Below, in pieces: positions 25,101-38,433 of a stretch of DNA of 64,000 bases; positions within the stretch are counted from its first letter, which is position 1, and every line of letters begins with the position of its first letter. Source of the stretch: Pristiophorus japonicus (lineage: Eukaryota); NCBI RefSeq assembly GCF_044704955.1, contig NC_091988.1, positions 44,578,001 to 44,642,000 of the forward strand, in the 5' to 3' direction. Under the pieces are notes generated by a model. The model saw only the letters and a list, made by a program, of their open reading frames with translations, ran no database searches and had not been told where the DNA came from. The position numbers were made by a program, and so were the translations under genes.

Positions 25101-26858
25101 CCTGACGCCAGGTTGAAATAGTGACTCAAATTGCTGTAGGACCTGTGAGCATGAACTTCACTCCACAAATGACATGGCGTGCACATCCCCCCATTTCCAG
25201 TTCATCTCAGCTAGCCAGCTCCTCCCCAACAGTGCAGGACCATTGCCTGGGACAATCCAGAGCAGCAGCTGGTTCACCGATCCATTGTGTGTGACCGCCA
25301 ACATTGCACTGCCTAGCACTGGAATGATTTCTTTGGTGTATGTCCATAATTGCACCTCAATGCGTTCTAGTTTGGGTCTGCTGGCTTTGAGTGGCCACAG
25401 CTTTTCAAATTGTTGAACACTCATGAGTGACTGGCTGGCCCCTGTGTCCAGCTCCATGCGTACAGGGATGCCGTTTAATAGGACTTTCATCATCATAGGT
25501 GGTGTTTTGGTATATGAGCTGTGAATGTTTGCCACATGAACCCACTGAGCTTCAGCGTCCATTGATTTGCCCCAAGCATCATCCTGCCTCGCAGACCCCT
25601 CATCTGGTTCATCTGCCTCGTATATTAGCCTGGTTACAGGCTTTCTGCACATTCTGGCTAGATGGCCACTGAGGTTACAATGTCTGCAGATGAACTGTTG
25701 AAACCTGCAAGTCCTGGCAGCATGTCTGCCCCCACACCTCCAGCATGAACTGAGATTCCAATTGTTGTGAACAAAAGAGCTGTTAAAAGGCATTCCTCGC
25801 TGATTGTCCTTTTGACTGCTCTTGAGCACCCTGTTAGTGGGTATCAATGGCCCCAACCTGGGCTGCATTGTCCACTACGGAGGCGTAAATGTCCGTTCAA
25901 CCTGCCAATGTTTCTGTTGGAGACTTACTCTTGGGTCTATTGCTGCCTGGGGTGTGTCGAACTGCCCTTGCCTGCCTGCGGGGCCCTGTGTTGCATTTTG
26001 ATATTGACTCCCTGATCCATTGCCACGTTGGAGGCAGAATTGCGTGCGTATATTATCTTGGTTTCCTCCTCCCCCGCCATAAAAGTCTGAGCCATCAACG
26101 CCGCCGCTTCCAAGGTCAAGTCCTTGGTCTCAATTAGCTTTCTGAAAATCCCAGCATGACCGATGCCCTCAATAAAGAAAGCCTTTAGCATCTCCCCCCT
26201 GCAGGCATCTGTGAACTTACAGAGGCTGGCCAAGCGCCGGAGGTCCGCAACGAAATCCGGTATGTTCTGTCCTTCCCGACGTCGGTGGGTATTAAATCTG
26301 TGTCGGTCCATGTGTACGCTGCTCGCTGGTTTGAGGTGCTCACCGATTAGTTTGCTGAGCTCTTCAAAGGTTTTGTCCGCCGGCTTCTCGGGTGCTAGAA
26401 GGTCTTTCATGAGCGCGTAAGTCTTAGGTACACAGCTGGTCAGCAGATGAGCCCTTCGCTTGTCGGCCGCTGCGTCTCCCAGCCAGTCCTTCGTGACAAA
26501 ACTCTGCTGGAGCCTCTCAATGAAATCGTCCCAGTCCTCACCAACACAGTACCATTCATCTGTGCTGCCGGTGGCCATTCTCGTGGGTCGTTGATTCCCG
26601 TTTCTCGTCGCCAATGTAAAGTCCTTACACAATATCACAAATCCACACGAGGCACATTCTATGGACAAGGTCACTCCATGGCCTGAACCTTTATTCACAG
26701 GACCAAGAAGTGATGACCCTGCGTGGGACCTCCCTTTATATACTTGGATGACCAGGTGAGGAGTGTCTCCCACAAGTTCATCCCCTGTGATCAAGGTGTG
26801 CATTTCTTACGTATATACAGTATTGCAGTGTTGTTACATAAAGGTTACATACATGACA
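22119..26858 (-). mobile_element. Full-length Ty3/Gypsy (Mag-like) LTR retrotransposon nested in the Harbinger
   Basis: LTRs 22119-22356 and 26615-26858; PBS TGGCGACGAG; PPT next to 22357; flanks GCTAA/GCTAC; domain order gag-PR-RT-RH-IN. Confidence 0.95.
22385..26578 (-). pseudogene. gag-pol polyprotein (frameshifted)
   Basis: Two Zn knuckles (CWRC, CRHC), protease LDTGA, RT FQDD, RNaseH DAS/EKEALA/TDHKPL, integrase HHCC, HVDYAG and SDNG. Confidence 0.92.
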
Positions 26859-27126
26859 GCTACTTTTGGCTTTTTGTGGGGGGGGGGCATAGCTCAGTGA
26901 TGTGAAATGGGCCTCAGCGATATGCAAGGCAAGGCGTCCCTAGCAACGGCCTTTCTGCGCATGCGTTTTTTTTTAAAGAAGTTTTCCCCCGATTCGGGTC
27001 AGGGGTCATCCAGGCATGTGCAAAAGGTAAAAGCGGGGAGAGAGAGAGAGAGGAAGACAGACAGTTGAGAGGGGAGAGAGAGAAAAGTGAAAAGAGAGAA
27101 AAGTGAAAAGTCAAAGAATTAATAAT

Positions 27127-29360
27127 ATGTCAGGGCACGAGTCTGCTGAGAGAAGGAGGCGGGCAAAGCCTTTTTCTGATGAGGCCAATGAGGCCCTCGT
27201 AAGTGAGGTCCATAGCCGGTGTGCCAACTAATCCGGGGTGGGCATGGGAAACCTCTACCCTGGGCCTACCGCAAACTGTGGTGCGAGATCGCCGACATGG
27301 TCTCAACGGCGTCCAATGAGACAAGGGGTTCAGACCAGTGCCGCAAACGCTGGAACAGCCTGGTTGCTTCGGCAAGAGTAAGTATTATATATATTTTAAA
27401 TTGTAATAGTCCACATAATACGTAAATCTCCCGTATTGAAATTAAGCTGATTATTCTTGCATATAATCCCTGCTAAGATCTGGGAAGGGCTTGGAACCTG
27501 AGCCCTTTTCAAGTCTTTTTCAGTCTAAATTTGGCACCGTCTCCTTTTGGATTACATTGGTGGGTGGGCCAGGACTTTTACCCAGACTGTGTCAGTCTCT
27601 CCGGCTGCTGTCACTTACACAGTGAGCCAGCCTGCACTGGGAAAGAACTCCCCTGACTCACTGTCTGTTCTGGGACACTTTCGGACATTAGCTCCTGTCA
27701 TTCCCGAGCGGTCCTGATTACCTCCCCACCCCCTCTGGTGGCCCTCATGGAGATTGTAGTCGAGATGTTTTGTGTCCAGCATTAGATCCTAAACATGATC
27801 TTATGAAATATTTTATCCAAACGTAGATGTTATAACCATGCATCAATTGTGGATGCAAACCATATGAACATGCAACGTTGGAACCTGTTGTCTTTCCATA
27901 ATAGTACCTTCGCTCATGCCATGCTGTTGTCACGTTTGCAGAGGAAGATATCTACAACAGAATTGAGCAGAGGCGCACCGGAGGAGGCCTTGCTCAGCTA
28001 CAGCTGCTGACAGACCTCGAGGAGTGTGCAGTCGTGCTTGTGGGGATGCACAGTCGCTTGGCCACCACCCATGGTGTTGCAGAATCCTCCCTTACGTCAC
28101 ATGAGTAATGTGTAAAGCACTATTAATTCAAAGTAATGTAACGTCATTTCATTATAATATACAAGTGATGTCATGTTATGCATGCAGCTTCTGTGCTACT
28201 CTCAGGTTAACAACATAAGAACATAAGAAATAGGAGCAGGCCATCTGGTCCCTCGAGCCTGCTCCGCCATTTGATAAGATCATTGCTGATCTGATGTAGG
28301 GCTCAGCTCCACTTCCCTGTCTGCTCCCCATAAACCTTCACTCCCTTATCATTCTGTCTATCTCCAGCTTAAATATAGTTATTGATCCAACCTCTACAAC
28401 TCTCTGGTGCAGTGAATCCACATAGATATACTACCATATGTACTACTATATGATGCATTAATATGTAACGTCTCTCGGTCACATTTATTGTAGTAGTGCT
28501 GCTCCTCCTACGTATGCCAGCGCAGTGCAAGAATCATGTGTACCCTTCTGATCTAATAAGCTCAATTGTGTTTTGCAGGTCACACAGCTCCAGAGGCGCA
28601 TAGGGAGGCCGCACCTGCCCCATTGCAATTGGTCATCACCACGGGTACTGAGGAAGAGGAGACCACCGAGCCAGAGGAGGAGGAACTTATGGAAACGGAG
28701 GAGGATGCCCTTTGTATCCCTGAAGATACCTGCAGCCACATCATCGTCATCTTCGACAGAAGAAGTAGCAGGCCCAAGCGACTTGCAGCAGATGACTCCA
28801 AGATGTACAGTGCCTACGCCGACCTCACGGAGGTTGAGTCAGCGAGGTCGGCACGTGCCGCAACGGGCAGATCGACATGAGTGTATGTACAGACTGTGCA
28901 TGGAGAGTGTCGCGATAAGTCGCGAGCTCCTCCAGGCGTTTGGTGGGTTGACGGGGAACATTGCCAGGATGTCCGCTCGCATATCAGAGGATATGCAGCT
29001 GATGATCAGGGAAATGCGTGAGCAGACCGCCGACATCCATGCCTTGCGGCATGCAAGATTGGTGGGAGACGGCACTGCACTTCAAGGTGCCGTCCCACCA
29101 ACCACCAGCACACATGCGAGTCAGGAGGAAAAACTTCCTTCTGGCTCGGAAGTCGTTCAGTCAGAAATGTCTTCTCCTCACCACCCCCTGAGAGGATCCT
29201 GCCACCGACACCCCTCCCCACCTCCCCCCCGCCCCCCCACGCCACAGCAGCATGCCTTGAGGTCGCCTACTGCAAGTCATCCTGGTGCCGTTACCCAGGG
29301 ATTAAACCGGGGTGCTAAGACACGGGGGTGGGTACAGAATCTGGAGGGAAGTGTGACCAC
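27127..29360 (+). pseudogene. Harbinger Myb/SANT-like DNA-binding protein, intron-containing
   Basis: ATG at 27127 (RAKPFSDE, W.EIA, QCRKRWNSL). GTAAGT donor 27378. Acceptor 27941 followed by RRTGGG exon. Acceptor 28578 followed by an acidic exon. 3' end approximate. Confidence 0.75.
28211..28430 (-). mobile_element. CR1 3' tail fragment in the Myb gene intron
   Basis: (AACATAAG)n tail followed by the CR1 3'UTR motif GGCCAT..GCCCCTCGAGCCTGCTCCGCC. Confidence 0.7.
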
Positions 29361-29672
29361 AGGTAGAGAGGGGGGTGTTGTTATTGTTGTTATTGTTATA
29401 TTGTTCTTATTGTTTTTTACATTTATTGTTGGGTGACTGTTGGGGGTGCAGGGCGGGGTGTTACAGTTAAAAGAAATAGTTAAATTGTTCAATTATTACA
29501 TTTTTTTACTGCATTTTACAATTGTTGTGCAGTGTCTTATAATAACATAAGGTAAGGTAAAACATGAATACAATTGTTGGAGAACAATGGCCAGGCCAGG
29601 CCAGGCAGGGATGAAACATAACACAACTGCAACTGTTGTCTTTCCGTAACTGTAACTGTCACCAATGTAAGT

Positions 29673-30802
29673 TCATGCAAAGCGTTCATTTATGAGCTGC
29701 TGACACAAGAGTTTTACAGCTGCGTAACTCCCACGGGCTTTTCCAATCTTGCGTGGGGGCATGGGTTCATCGCCAGGCTGATTGTCCTCCCTGAGGTCCT
29801 CGTCACCCTCCTCCTCCTCATCGTCTTCCTCTTGACCTCTCTCCTGGTCAGGATGGTATTGCAGGCTGCCTCCAGAGTGGTCCAGGCATCTGAAGCGCTG
29901 ATTCAGCACTCCAATTATCTTTTCGACGATATTGCATGTAGCTATATGGCTTTCGTTGTAGTGCATCTCGGCTTCCGTCTGGGAATTACGCAGGGGGGGG
30001 TCACAAGCCAGCTGGCAAGGCCATATCCTTTATCCCCCAGCATCCAACTGTGACCTTGTGGCTAACTGTTAAACAGGTCAGAGACAGTGCTGTCACGCAA
30101 GATGTGTGCATCATGGATGCTGCCTGGAAAATTAGCATTTACTGCCATGATTATTTGAGCATTTACTGCCATGATTATTTGGTTGTGATCGACAACGAGC
30201 TGCACATTCAGGGAGTGGAATCCCTTTCGGTTACGAAACACTTCCACATCCTGTAAAGGTGCTCTCAGGGCGATGTGCGTACAGTCTATTGCTCCCTGCA
30301 CCTTGGAGAAGTTTGCTATTCTCGAGAAACCCAAAGCCCTCCCGGTCTGTGCCTCCCTGGTCATAGGGAAGCTTATAAAGTCCATCCTGCGAGCGTAAAG
30401 GGCTTGAGTCACCTGTTGAATGGACCAATGTGTGGCATGCTGAGAGATACCACAAATGTTGCCAGCTGAGACCAGAAAGGAGCCCAATGCATAGAAGGAA
30501 AGTGCCGCAGTAACCTTTACCTCAATGGGCAGTGCAGTCCTGATGGTGCTGGGAGGCTGCAGATCTCCCTTGATATATCTCAGCGATGACCTCCTTTTGG
30601 AAGCGCCGCCTCCTAAGGCACGTGTTATCGGACAAGTTCAGGTATGATTGCTTTTCCTTGTAGGTTCGTCGGGTGTAAAGTCTCCTCCATAGCAGCAGTC
30701 TGCCTTCTCTTTGATTGGGCACATCATGCTCTTCAATAAACCAATCTTCAGTCTGGAGCATGTATTATTCACCAATAATAGTAGAGAAGTTACAGACCCC
30801 AT
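29673..30802 (-). pseudogene. Harbinger (HARBI1-like) DDE transposase, disrupted
   Basis: GAIDCTHI, NRKGFHSLNVQ, PGSIHDAHIL, LGDKGY and VEKIIGVL..RFRCL motifs, with stops and frameshifts. Confidence 0.9.
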
Positions 30803-33800
30803 CACTATTGTTATAAATGCTCTAAATGTTGTCCTCAATAAATAGAAATGTGAGCAGATGATTGCCAAAGAGTCAGTAAGGCCCTTAAAATAACTCACAA
30901 TTATTCTCCTGATAAGCCCCTTCTTCAAGCAGCCTCTGACTTCCTCCGAAATGGTGACGGTAGTGCCGAGTCCTGACGAACAGTGCCAGTCAGGAGCAGC
31001 TTTTCTCCAGTGATCTTCTCGGCGAGCGATCAGCCCACGATGTGTGGGCGATGTGGTGAAAGTTGCGGTGGGCGATCACCTTGGCGATGTGAAATTCTTG
31101 CGTGCCGAAAGTTGGGCCGACGATCTTTGGGCGATGTCCCAGCTCAACTTTCCACTTTTATGGTAAAATGCGCGTTAGCCTGCCTATTTGGGCGATAGAT
31201 GGGCAATAGCTTAGCAATCATTAGGGGAAAGTTCAGCCCTCAGTCAGGTATATAGGAACAGGAGTAGGCCATTGAGCCCCTCGAGCCTGTTCTGCCTTTG
31301 AATGAGATCATGGCTGATCTGTGGCCTATTTAGATTTATGTGAAAACTGATACATTCTGGTAAATTTTAAGCACTTTTAAAATTCACAATTAACATATTT
31401 ATTCTTAAAACTAAGAAAAATGAAGTGGAATTTAGATTTTTAACAGAATGACCAGGCTAACAGTTCCTCAAAACACTCCTACAACCAAACACTCATACTA
31501 TTTCACAGAGGCAATCTACACCCTCCAGATACAATTCACAGAAACTGCACCCCATCCCACTCTTCACTCTTTCACAGAAATACATTCTCCTCTTCCAAAC
31601 CTCCAGTTCATTTTGACACTCGTCTCCCTCTCCATCCCTCACTTCAGGCTGAATTTTATGGGGTGGTAGCAGGCGAGATTGGTGGTGGGTCGGGTGGGAA
31701 AGTTGTTATTTTTGACAGCGGATTGGCAATTTCGCCCCCATACTATTTGAATAATTTGTTTTGGTTTTTCTGGTCAGGTTTTTCTCACAGTATACTGTGA
31801 TTGTCCAGTTATACATCAAATCAAGTTATCAACTGTAACAATTTCATTCTCATCACTCATTCCACTGGTTCAGTTTGCTTTCAGTTCCTGAATATAACTA
31901 ACTTTAATTTTGCAGTTTGAGAGTTTAGGGTGAATTTCTGTGGATGTTCTCTCACTTGTCCATTGTTAACTTCAATGGAAGACTGCAGAAATCCCAGAAA
32001 CAAATTGTAAGCACCACTGGGAGAGTTTGGGCAAGTGGGAGCAGGAGGTGTTGCTTTGTCTTGTTTTCCTCACCAGTGCTGACTCCCCGACCTGGGATGA
32101 AAAGTAAACTAAGTGTGACATCACAGCAAGAGGTTCAGGGACGTCGGAGCAGCCTATAAAGACCAGCTGGTGCAGCTGCAGCAGGGTGGGAAGGCAAAAA
32201 AGTAGAAAAAAATTGAAAGGTGACGTCACAGCCAAGTGGGTAAGTGATTGGCTGATGATTGGTGAGCAGTTTTTTCTTTTTCTTTTCTTTATCAGTAAGT
32301 AACCTTGAGCATTACTGTTGCCAAATTAAGTTAATCTCGGGGTTAAGTCATGGCAGGAGAGCTCAGACACGTGTTATGCTCCTCCAGTACTATTTGGAAG
32401 TCAGGGACGCTTCCAGTGTCCCTGACGACTACATATGCGGAAACTGTATCTGGCTGCAGCTCCTGACAGACCGCATTGCGGCACTAGAGCTGCAGGTGGA
32501 TTCACTCTAGAGCATCCACGATGCTGAGAATGACATGAATAGCACGTTTAGTGAGTTGGTCTTACCGCAGGTAAAGATTACACAGCCAGATAGGGGATGG
32601 GTGACCAACAGAAAGAGCAGTGGAAGGAAGGTAGTGCAGGGGTCCCCTGCGGTCATCCCCCTGCAAAACAGATACACCACTTTGGGTACTGTTGAGGGAG
32701 ATGACTCATCATGGGAGGGCAGCAGCAGCAAAGTCCATGGCATCGTGGGTGGCTCTGCTGCACAGGAGGGCAGGAAAAAGGGTGGGAGAGCTATAGTGAT
32801 TGGGGATTCTATTGTAAGGAGAATAGGTAGACATTTCTGCGGCCACAACCAAGACTCCAGGATGGTATGTTGCCTCCCTGGTGCAAGGGTCAAGGATGTC
32901 TCGGAGTGGGTGCAGGATATTTAGAAGGGGGAGGGTAAACAGCCAGTTGTCGTGGTGCATATAGGTACCAACGATATAGGTAAAAAAACAGGATGAGGTC
33001 CTACAAGATGAATTTAGCGGGCTCGGAGCTAAATTAAAAAGTAGGACCTCAAAAGTAGTAATCTCAGGATTGCTACCAGTGCCACGTGCTCGTCAGAGTA
33101 GGAATCACAGGATAGCTCAGATGGATACGTGGCTTGAGGAGTGGTGCAGAAGGGAGGGATTCAAATTCCTAGGACATTGGAACTGATTCTGGGGGAGGTG
33201 GGACCAGTACAAACCGGACGGTCTATACCTGGATAGGACCAGAACCAATGTCCTAGGGGGAGTGTTTGCTAGTGCTGTTGGGAAGCAGTTAAACTAATAT
33301 GGCAGGGGGATGGGAACCTATGCAGGGAGACAGAGGAAAGTAGAATGGAGGCAGAAGCAAAAGATAGAAAGAAGAAAAGTAAAAGTGGAGGGCAGAGAAA
33401 GCCAAGGCAAAAAGCAAAAAGGGCCACATTACAGCAAAATCCTAAAGGGGCAAAGGGTGTTAAAAAGGCAAGCCTGAAGGCTCTGTGCCTCAATGCGAGG
33501 AGTATTCGGAATAAGGTGGATGAATTAACTGCGCAGATAGCAGTTAACGGATATGATGTAATTGGCTTCACAGAGACATGGCTCCAGGGTGACCAAGGCT
33601 GGGAACTCAACATCCAGGGGTATTCAACATTGAGGAAGGATAGACAGAAAGGAAAAGGAGGTGGGGTGGCGTTGCTGGTTAAAGAGGAAATTAATGCAAT
33701 AGTAAGAAAGCAGATTAGCTTGGACGATGTGGAATATGTACGGGTGGAGCTACGGAATACCAAAGGGCAGAAAACGCTAATGGGAGTTTTGTACAGACCA

Positions 33801-35449
33801 CCAAACATAGTACTGAGGATGTGGACAGCATCAAACAAGAAATTAGGGATGCGTGCAATAAAGGTACAGCAGTTATCATGGGTGACTTTAATCTACATAT
33901 TCATTGGGCTAACCAAACTGGTAGCAATGCAGTGGAAGAGGATTTCCTGGAGTGTATTAGGGATGGTTTTCTAGACCAATAATGCGAGGAACCAATTAGA
34001 GTGCTGGCCATCCTAGACTGGGTGATGTGTAATGAGAAAGGACTAATTAACGATCTTGTTGTGTGAGGCCCCTTGGGGAAGAGTGACCATAATATGGTAA
34101 AATGCTTTATTAAGATGGAGAGTGACACAGTTAATTCAGAGACTCCTGAACTTGGGGAAAGGTAACTTCGATGGTATGAGACGTGAATTGGCTAGAAGAT
34201 ACCTAAAGGGTTGATGGTGGATAGGCAATGGCAAACATTTAAAGATCAGATGGATGAACTTCAACAATTGTACATCCCTGTCTGGAGTAAAAATAAAACG
34301 GGGAAGGTGGCTCAACCATGGCTACAAGGGAAATTAAGGATAGTGTTAAATCCAAGGAAGAGACATATAAATTGGCCAGCAAACCTGAGGACTGGGAGAA
34401 TTTTGTAATACAGCGGAGGAGGACAAAGGGTTTAATTAGGAGGGGGAAAATAGAGTATGAGAGGAAGCTTGCTGGGAACATTAAAACTGACTGCAAAAGC
34501 TTCTATAGATATGTGAAGAGAAAAAGATGAGTGAAAACAAACGTAGGTCCCTTGTAGTCAGATTCAGGTAAATTTATAATGGGCAACAAAGACATGGCGG
34601 ACCAGTTTTCACGAAGGAAGACACAAATAACCTTCCGGAAATACTAGGGGACCAAGGGTCTAGTGAGAAGGAGGAACTGAAGGATATCCTTATAAAACGG
34701 GAAATTGTGTTAGGAAAATTGATGGGATTGAAGGCTTATAAATCCCCGGGGCCTGATAGTCTGCATCCCAGAGTACTTAAGGAAGTGGCCGTAGAGATAG
34801 TGGATGCATTGGTGAACATTTTCCAACAGTCTGTTGACTGTGGATCAGTTCCTATGGACTGGAGGGTAGCTAATGTAACACCACTGTTTAAAAAAGGAGG
34901 GAGAGAGAAAACGGGTAATTATAGATCGGTTAGCCTGACATCAGTAGTGGGGAAAATGTTGGAATCAATTATTAAAGATGAAATAGCAGCGCATTTGGGA
35001 AGCAGTGACAGGATCTGTCCAAGTCAGCATGGATTTATGAAAGGGAAATCATGCTTGACAAATCTTCTGGAATTTTTTGAGGATGTAACTAGTAGAGTGG
35101 ACAAGGGAGAACCAGTGGATGTGGTGTATTTGGACTTTCAAAAGCCCTTTGACAATGTCCCACACAAGAGATTGGTGTGCAAGATCAAAGCACATGGTAT
35201 TGGGAGTAATGTACTGATGTGGATAGAGAACTGGTTGGTAGACAGGAAGCAGAGAGTCGGGATAAACGGGTCCTTTTCAGAATGGCAGGCAGTGACTAGT
35301 GGAGTACGGCAGGGCTCAGTGCTGGGACCCCAGCTCTTTGTAATAGAAACATAGAAACATAGAAACATAGAAAATAGGTGCAGGAGTAGGCCATTCGGCC
35401 CTTCTAGCCTGCACTGCCATTCAACGAGTTCATGGCTGAACATTCAACT

Positions 35450-38356
35450 TCAGTACCCCATTCCTGCTTTCTCGCCATACCCCTTGATCCCCCTAGTAGT
35501 AAGGACCTCATCTAACTCCTTTTTGAATATATTTAGTGAATTGGCCTCAACAACTTTCTGTGGTAGAGAATTCCACAGGTTCACCACTCTCTGGGTGAAG
35601 AAGTTCCTCCGCATCTCGGTCCTAAATGGCTTACCCCTTATCCTTAGACTGTGACCTCTGGTTCTGGACTTCCCCAACATTGGGAACATTCTTCCTGCAT
35701 CTAACCTGTCTAACCCTGTCAGAATTTTAAATGTTTCTATGAGGTCCCCTCTCATTCTTCTGAACTCCAGTGAATACAAGCCCAGTTGATCCAGTCTTTC
35801 TTGATAGGTCAGTCCCGCCATCCCGGGAATCAGTCTGGTGAACCTTCGCTGCACTCCCTTAATAGCAAGAATGTCCTTCCTCAGGTTAGGAGATCAAAAC
35901 TGTACACAATACTCCAGGTGTGGCCTCACCAATGCCCTGTACAACTGCAGCAACACCTCCCTGCCCCTGTACTCAAATCCCCTTGCTATGAAGGCCAACA
36001 TGCCATTTGCTTTCTTAACCGCCTGCTGCACCTGCATGCCAACCTTCAATGACTGATGTACCATGACACCCAAGTCTCTTTGCACCTCCCCTTTTCCTAA
36101 TCTGTCACCATTCAGATAATAGTCTGTCTCTCTGTTTTTACCACCAAAGTGGATAACCTCACATTTATCCACATTATACTTCATCTGCCACGCATTTGCC
36201 CACTCACCTAACCTATCCAAGTCGCTCTGCAGCCTCACAGCATCCTCCTCGCAGCTCACACTGCCACCCAACTTAGTGTCATCCGCAAATTTGGAGATAC
36301 TACATTTAATCCCCTCATCTAAATCATTAATGTACAGTGTAAACAGCTGGGGCCCCAGCACAGAACCTTGCGGTACCCCACTAGTCACTGCCTGCCATTC
36401 TGAAAAGTACCCATTTACTCCGACTCTTTGCTTCCTGTCTGACACCCAGTTCTCAATCCATGTCAGTACACTACCCCCAATCCCATGTGCTCTAACTTTG
36501 CACATCAATCTCTTGTGTGGGACCTTGTCGAACGCCTTCTGAAAGTCCAAATATACCACATCAACTAGTTCTCCCTTGTCCACTCTACTGGAAACATCCT
36601 CAAAAAATTCCAGAAGATTTGTCACGCATGATTTCCCTTTCACAAATCCATGCTGACTTGGACCTATCATGTCACCTCTTTCCAAATGCACTGCTATGAC
36701 ATCCTTAATAATTGATTCCATCATTTTACCCACTACCGATGTCAGGCTGACCGGTCTATAATTCCCTGTTTTCTCTCTCCCTCCTTTTTTAAAAAGTGGG
36801 GTTACATTGGCTACCCTCCACTCTATAGGAACTGATCCAGAGTCAATGGAATGTTGGAAAATGACTGTCAACGCATCCACTATTTCCAAGGCCACCTCCT
36901 TAAGTACTCTGGGATGCAGTCCATCAGGCCCTGGGGATTTATCGGCCTTCAATCCCATCAATTTCCCCAACACAATTTCCCGGCTAATAAGGATTTCCCT
37001 CAGTTCCTCCTCCTTACTAGACCCCCCGACCCCTTTTATAACCGGAAGGTTGTTCGTGTCCTCCTTCGTGAATACCGAACCAAAGTACTTGTTCAATTGG
37101 TCCACCATTTCTTTGTTCCCCGTTATGACTTCCCCTGATTCTGACTGCAGGGGACCTACGTTTGTCTTTACTAACCTTTTTCTCTTTACATATCTATAGA
37201 AACTTTTGCAATCCGTCTTAATGTTCCCTGCAAGCTTCTTCTCATACTCCATTTTCCCTGCCCTAATCAAACCCTTTGTCCTCCTCTGCTGAGTTCTAAA
37301 TTTCTCCCAGTCCCCAGGTTCACTGCTATTTCTGGCCAATTTGTATGCCACTTCCTTGGCTTTAATACTATCCCTGATTTCCCTTGATAGCCACGGTTGA
37401 GCCACCTTCCCTTTTTTATTTTTATGCCAGACAGGAATGTACAATTGTTGTAGTTCATCCATGCGGTCTCTAAATGTCTGCCATTGCCCATCCACAGTCA
37501 ACCCCTTAAGTATCATTCGCCAATCCATCCCAGCCAATTCATGCCTCATACCTTCAAAGTTAGCCTTCTTTAAGTTCTGGACCATGGTCTCTGAATTAAC
37601 TGTTTCATTCTCCATCCCAATGCAGAATTCCACCATATTATGGTCACTCTTCCCCAAGGGACCTCGCACAACGAGATTGCTAATTAATCCTCTCTCATTG
37701 CATAACACCCAGTCTAAGATGGCCTCCCCACTAGTTGGTTCCTCGACATATTGGTCTAAAAAACCATCCCTTATGCACTCCAGGAAATCCTCCTCCACCG
37801 TATTGCTTCCAGTTTGGTTAGCCCAATCTATGTGCATATTAAAGTCACCCATTATAACTGCTGCACCTTTATTGCAAGCACCCCTAATTTCATGTTTGAT
37901 GCCCTCCCCAACATCACTACTACTGTTTGGAGGTCTGTACACAACTCCCACTAACGATTTTTGCCCTTTGATGTTCTGCAGCTCTACCCATATAGATTCC
38001 ACATCATCCAAGCTAATGTCCTTCCTAACTATTGCCTTAATCTCCTCCTTAACCAGCAATGCTACCCCACCTCCTTTTCCTTTTATTCTATCCTTCCTGA
38101 ATGTTGAATACCCCTGGATGTTGAGTTCCCAGCCCTGATCATCCTGGAGCCACGTCTCCGTAATCCCAATCACATCATATTTGTTAACATCTATTTGCAC
38201 AGTTAATTCATCCACCTTATTGCGGATACTCCTTGCATTAAGACACAAAGCCTTTAGGCTTGTTTTTTTAACACCCTCTGTCCTTTTAGAATTTTGCTGT
38301 ACAATGGCCCTTTTTGTTCTTTGCCTTGGGTTTCTCTGCCCTCCACTTTTCCTCAT
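35450..38356 (-). pseudogene. CR1 ORF2 endonuclease-reverse transcriptase with one premature stop (35894-35896)
   Basis: The 820-aa ORF continues in the same frame past a TGA (Trp in other copies) to 35450. Confidence 0.92.
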
Positions 38357-38433
38357 CTCCTTTCTGTCTTTTGCTTTTGCCTCCTTTTTGTTTCCCTCTA
38401 TCTCCCTGCATTGGTTCCCATCCCCCTGCCATA

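Larger units (their letters stand above)
22005..31239. mobile_element. PIF/Harbinger DNA transposon, two-gene type, defective
   Basis: TIRs GGGCTGGACTTTCC / GGAAAGTTCAGCCC. TSD TCA at 22002-22004 and 31240-31242. Contains convergent Myb/SANT-like and DDE transposase genes. Confidence 0.9.

Noticed and set aside
29673-30802. Domesticated host HARBI1 gene
   Set aside because: The frame is disrupted and enclosed by TIRs and a TSD with a Myb partner, so it is a transposon copy.
37437-38138. Recurring antisense ORFs over CR1 and Gypsy coding regions
   Set aside because: They are shadow frames of conserved RT and endonuclease sequence with no independent domains.
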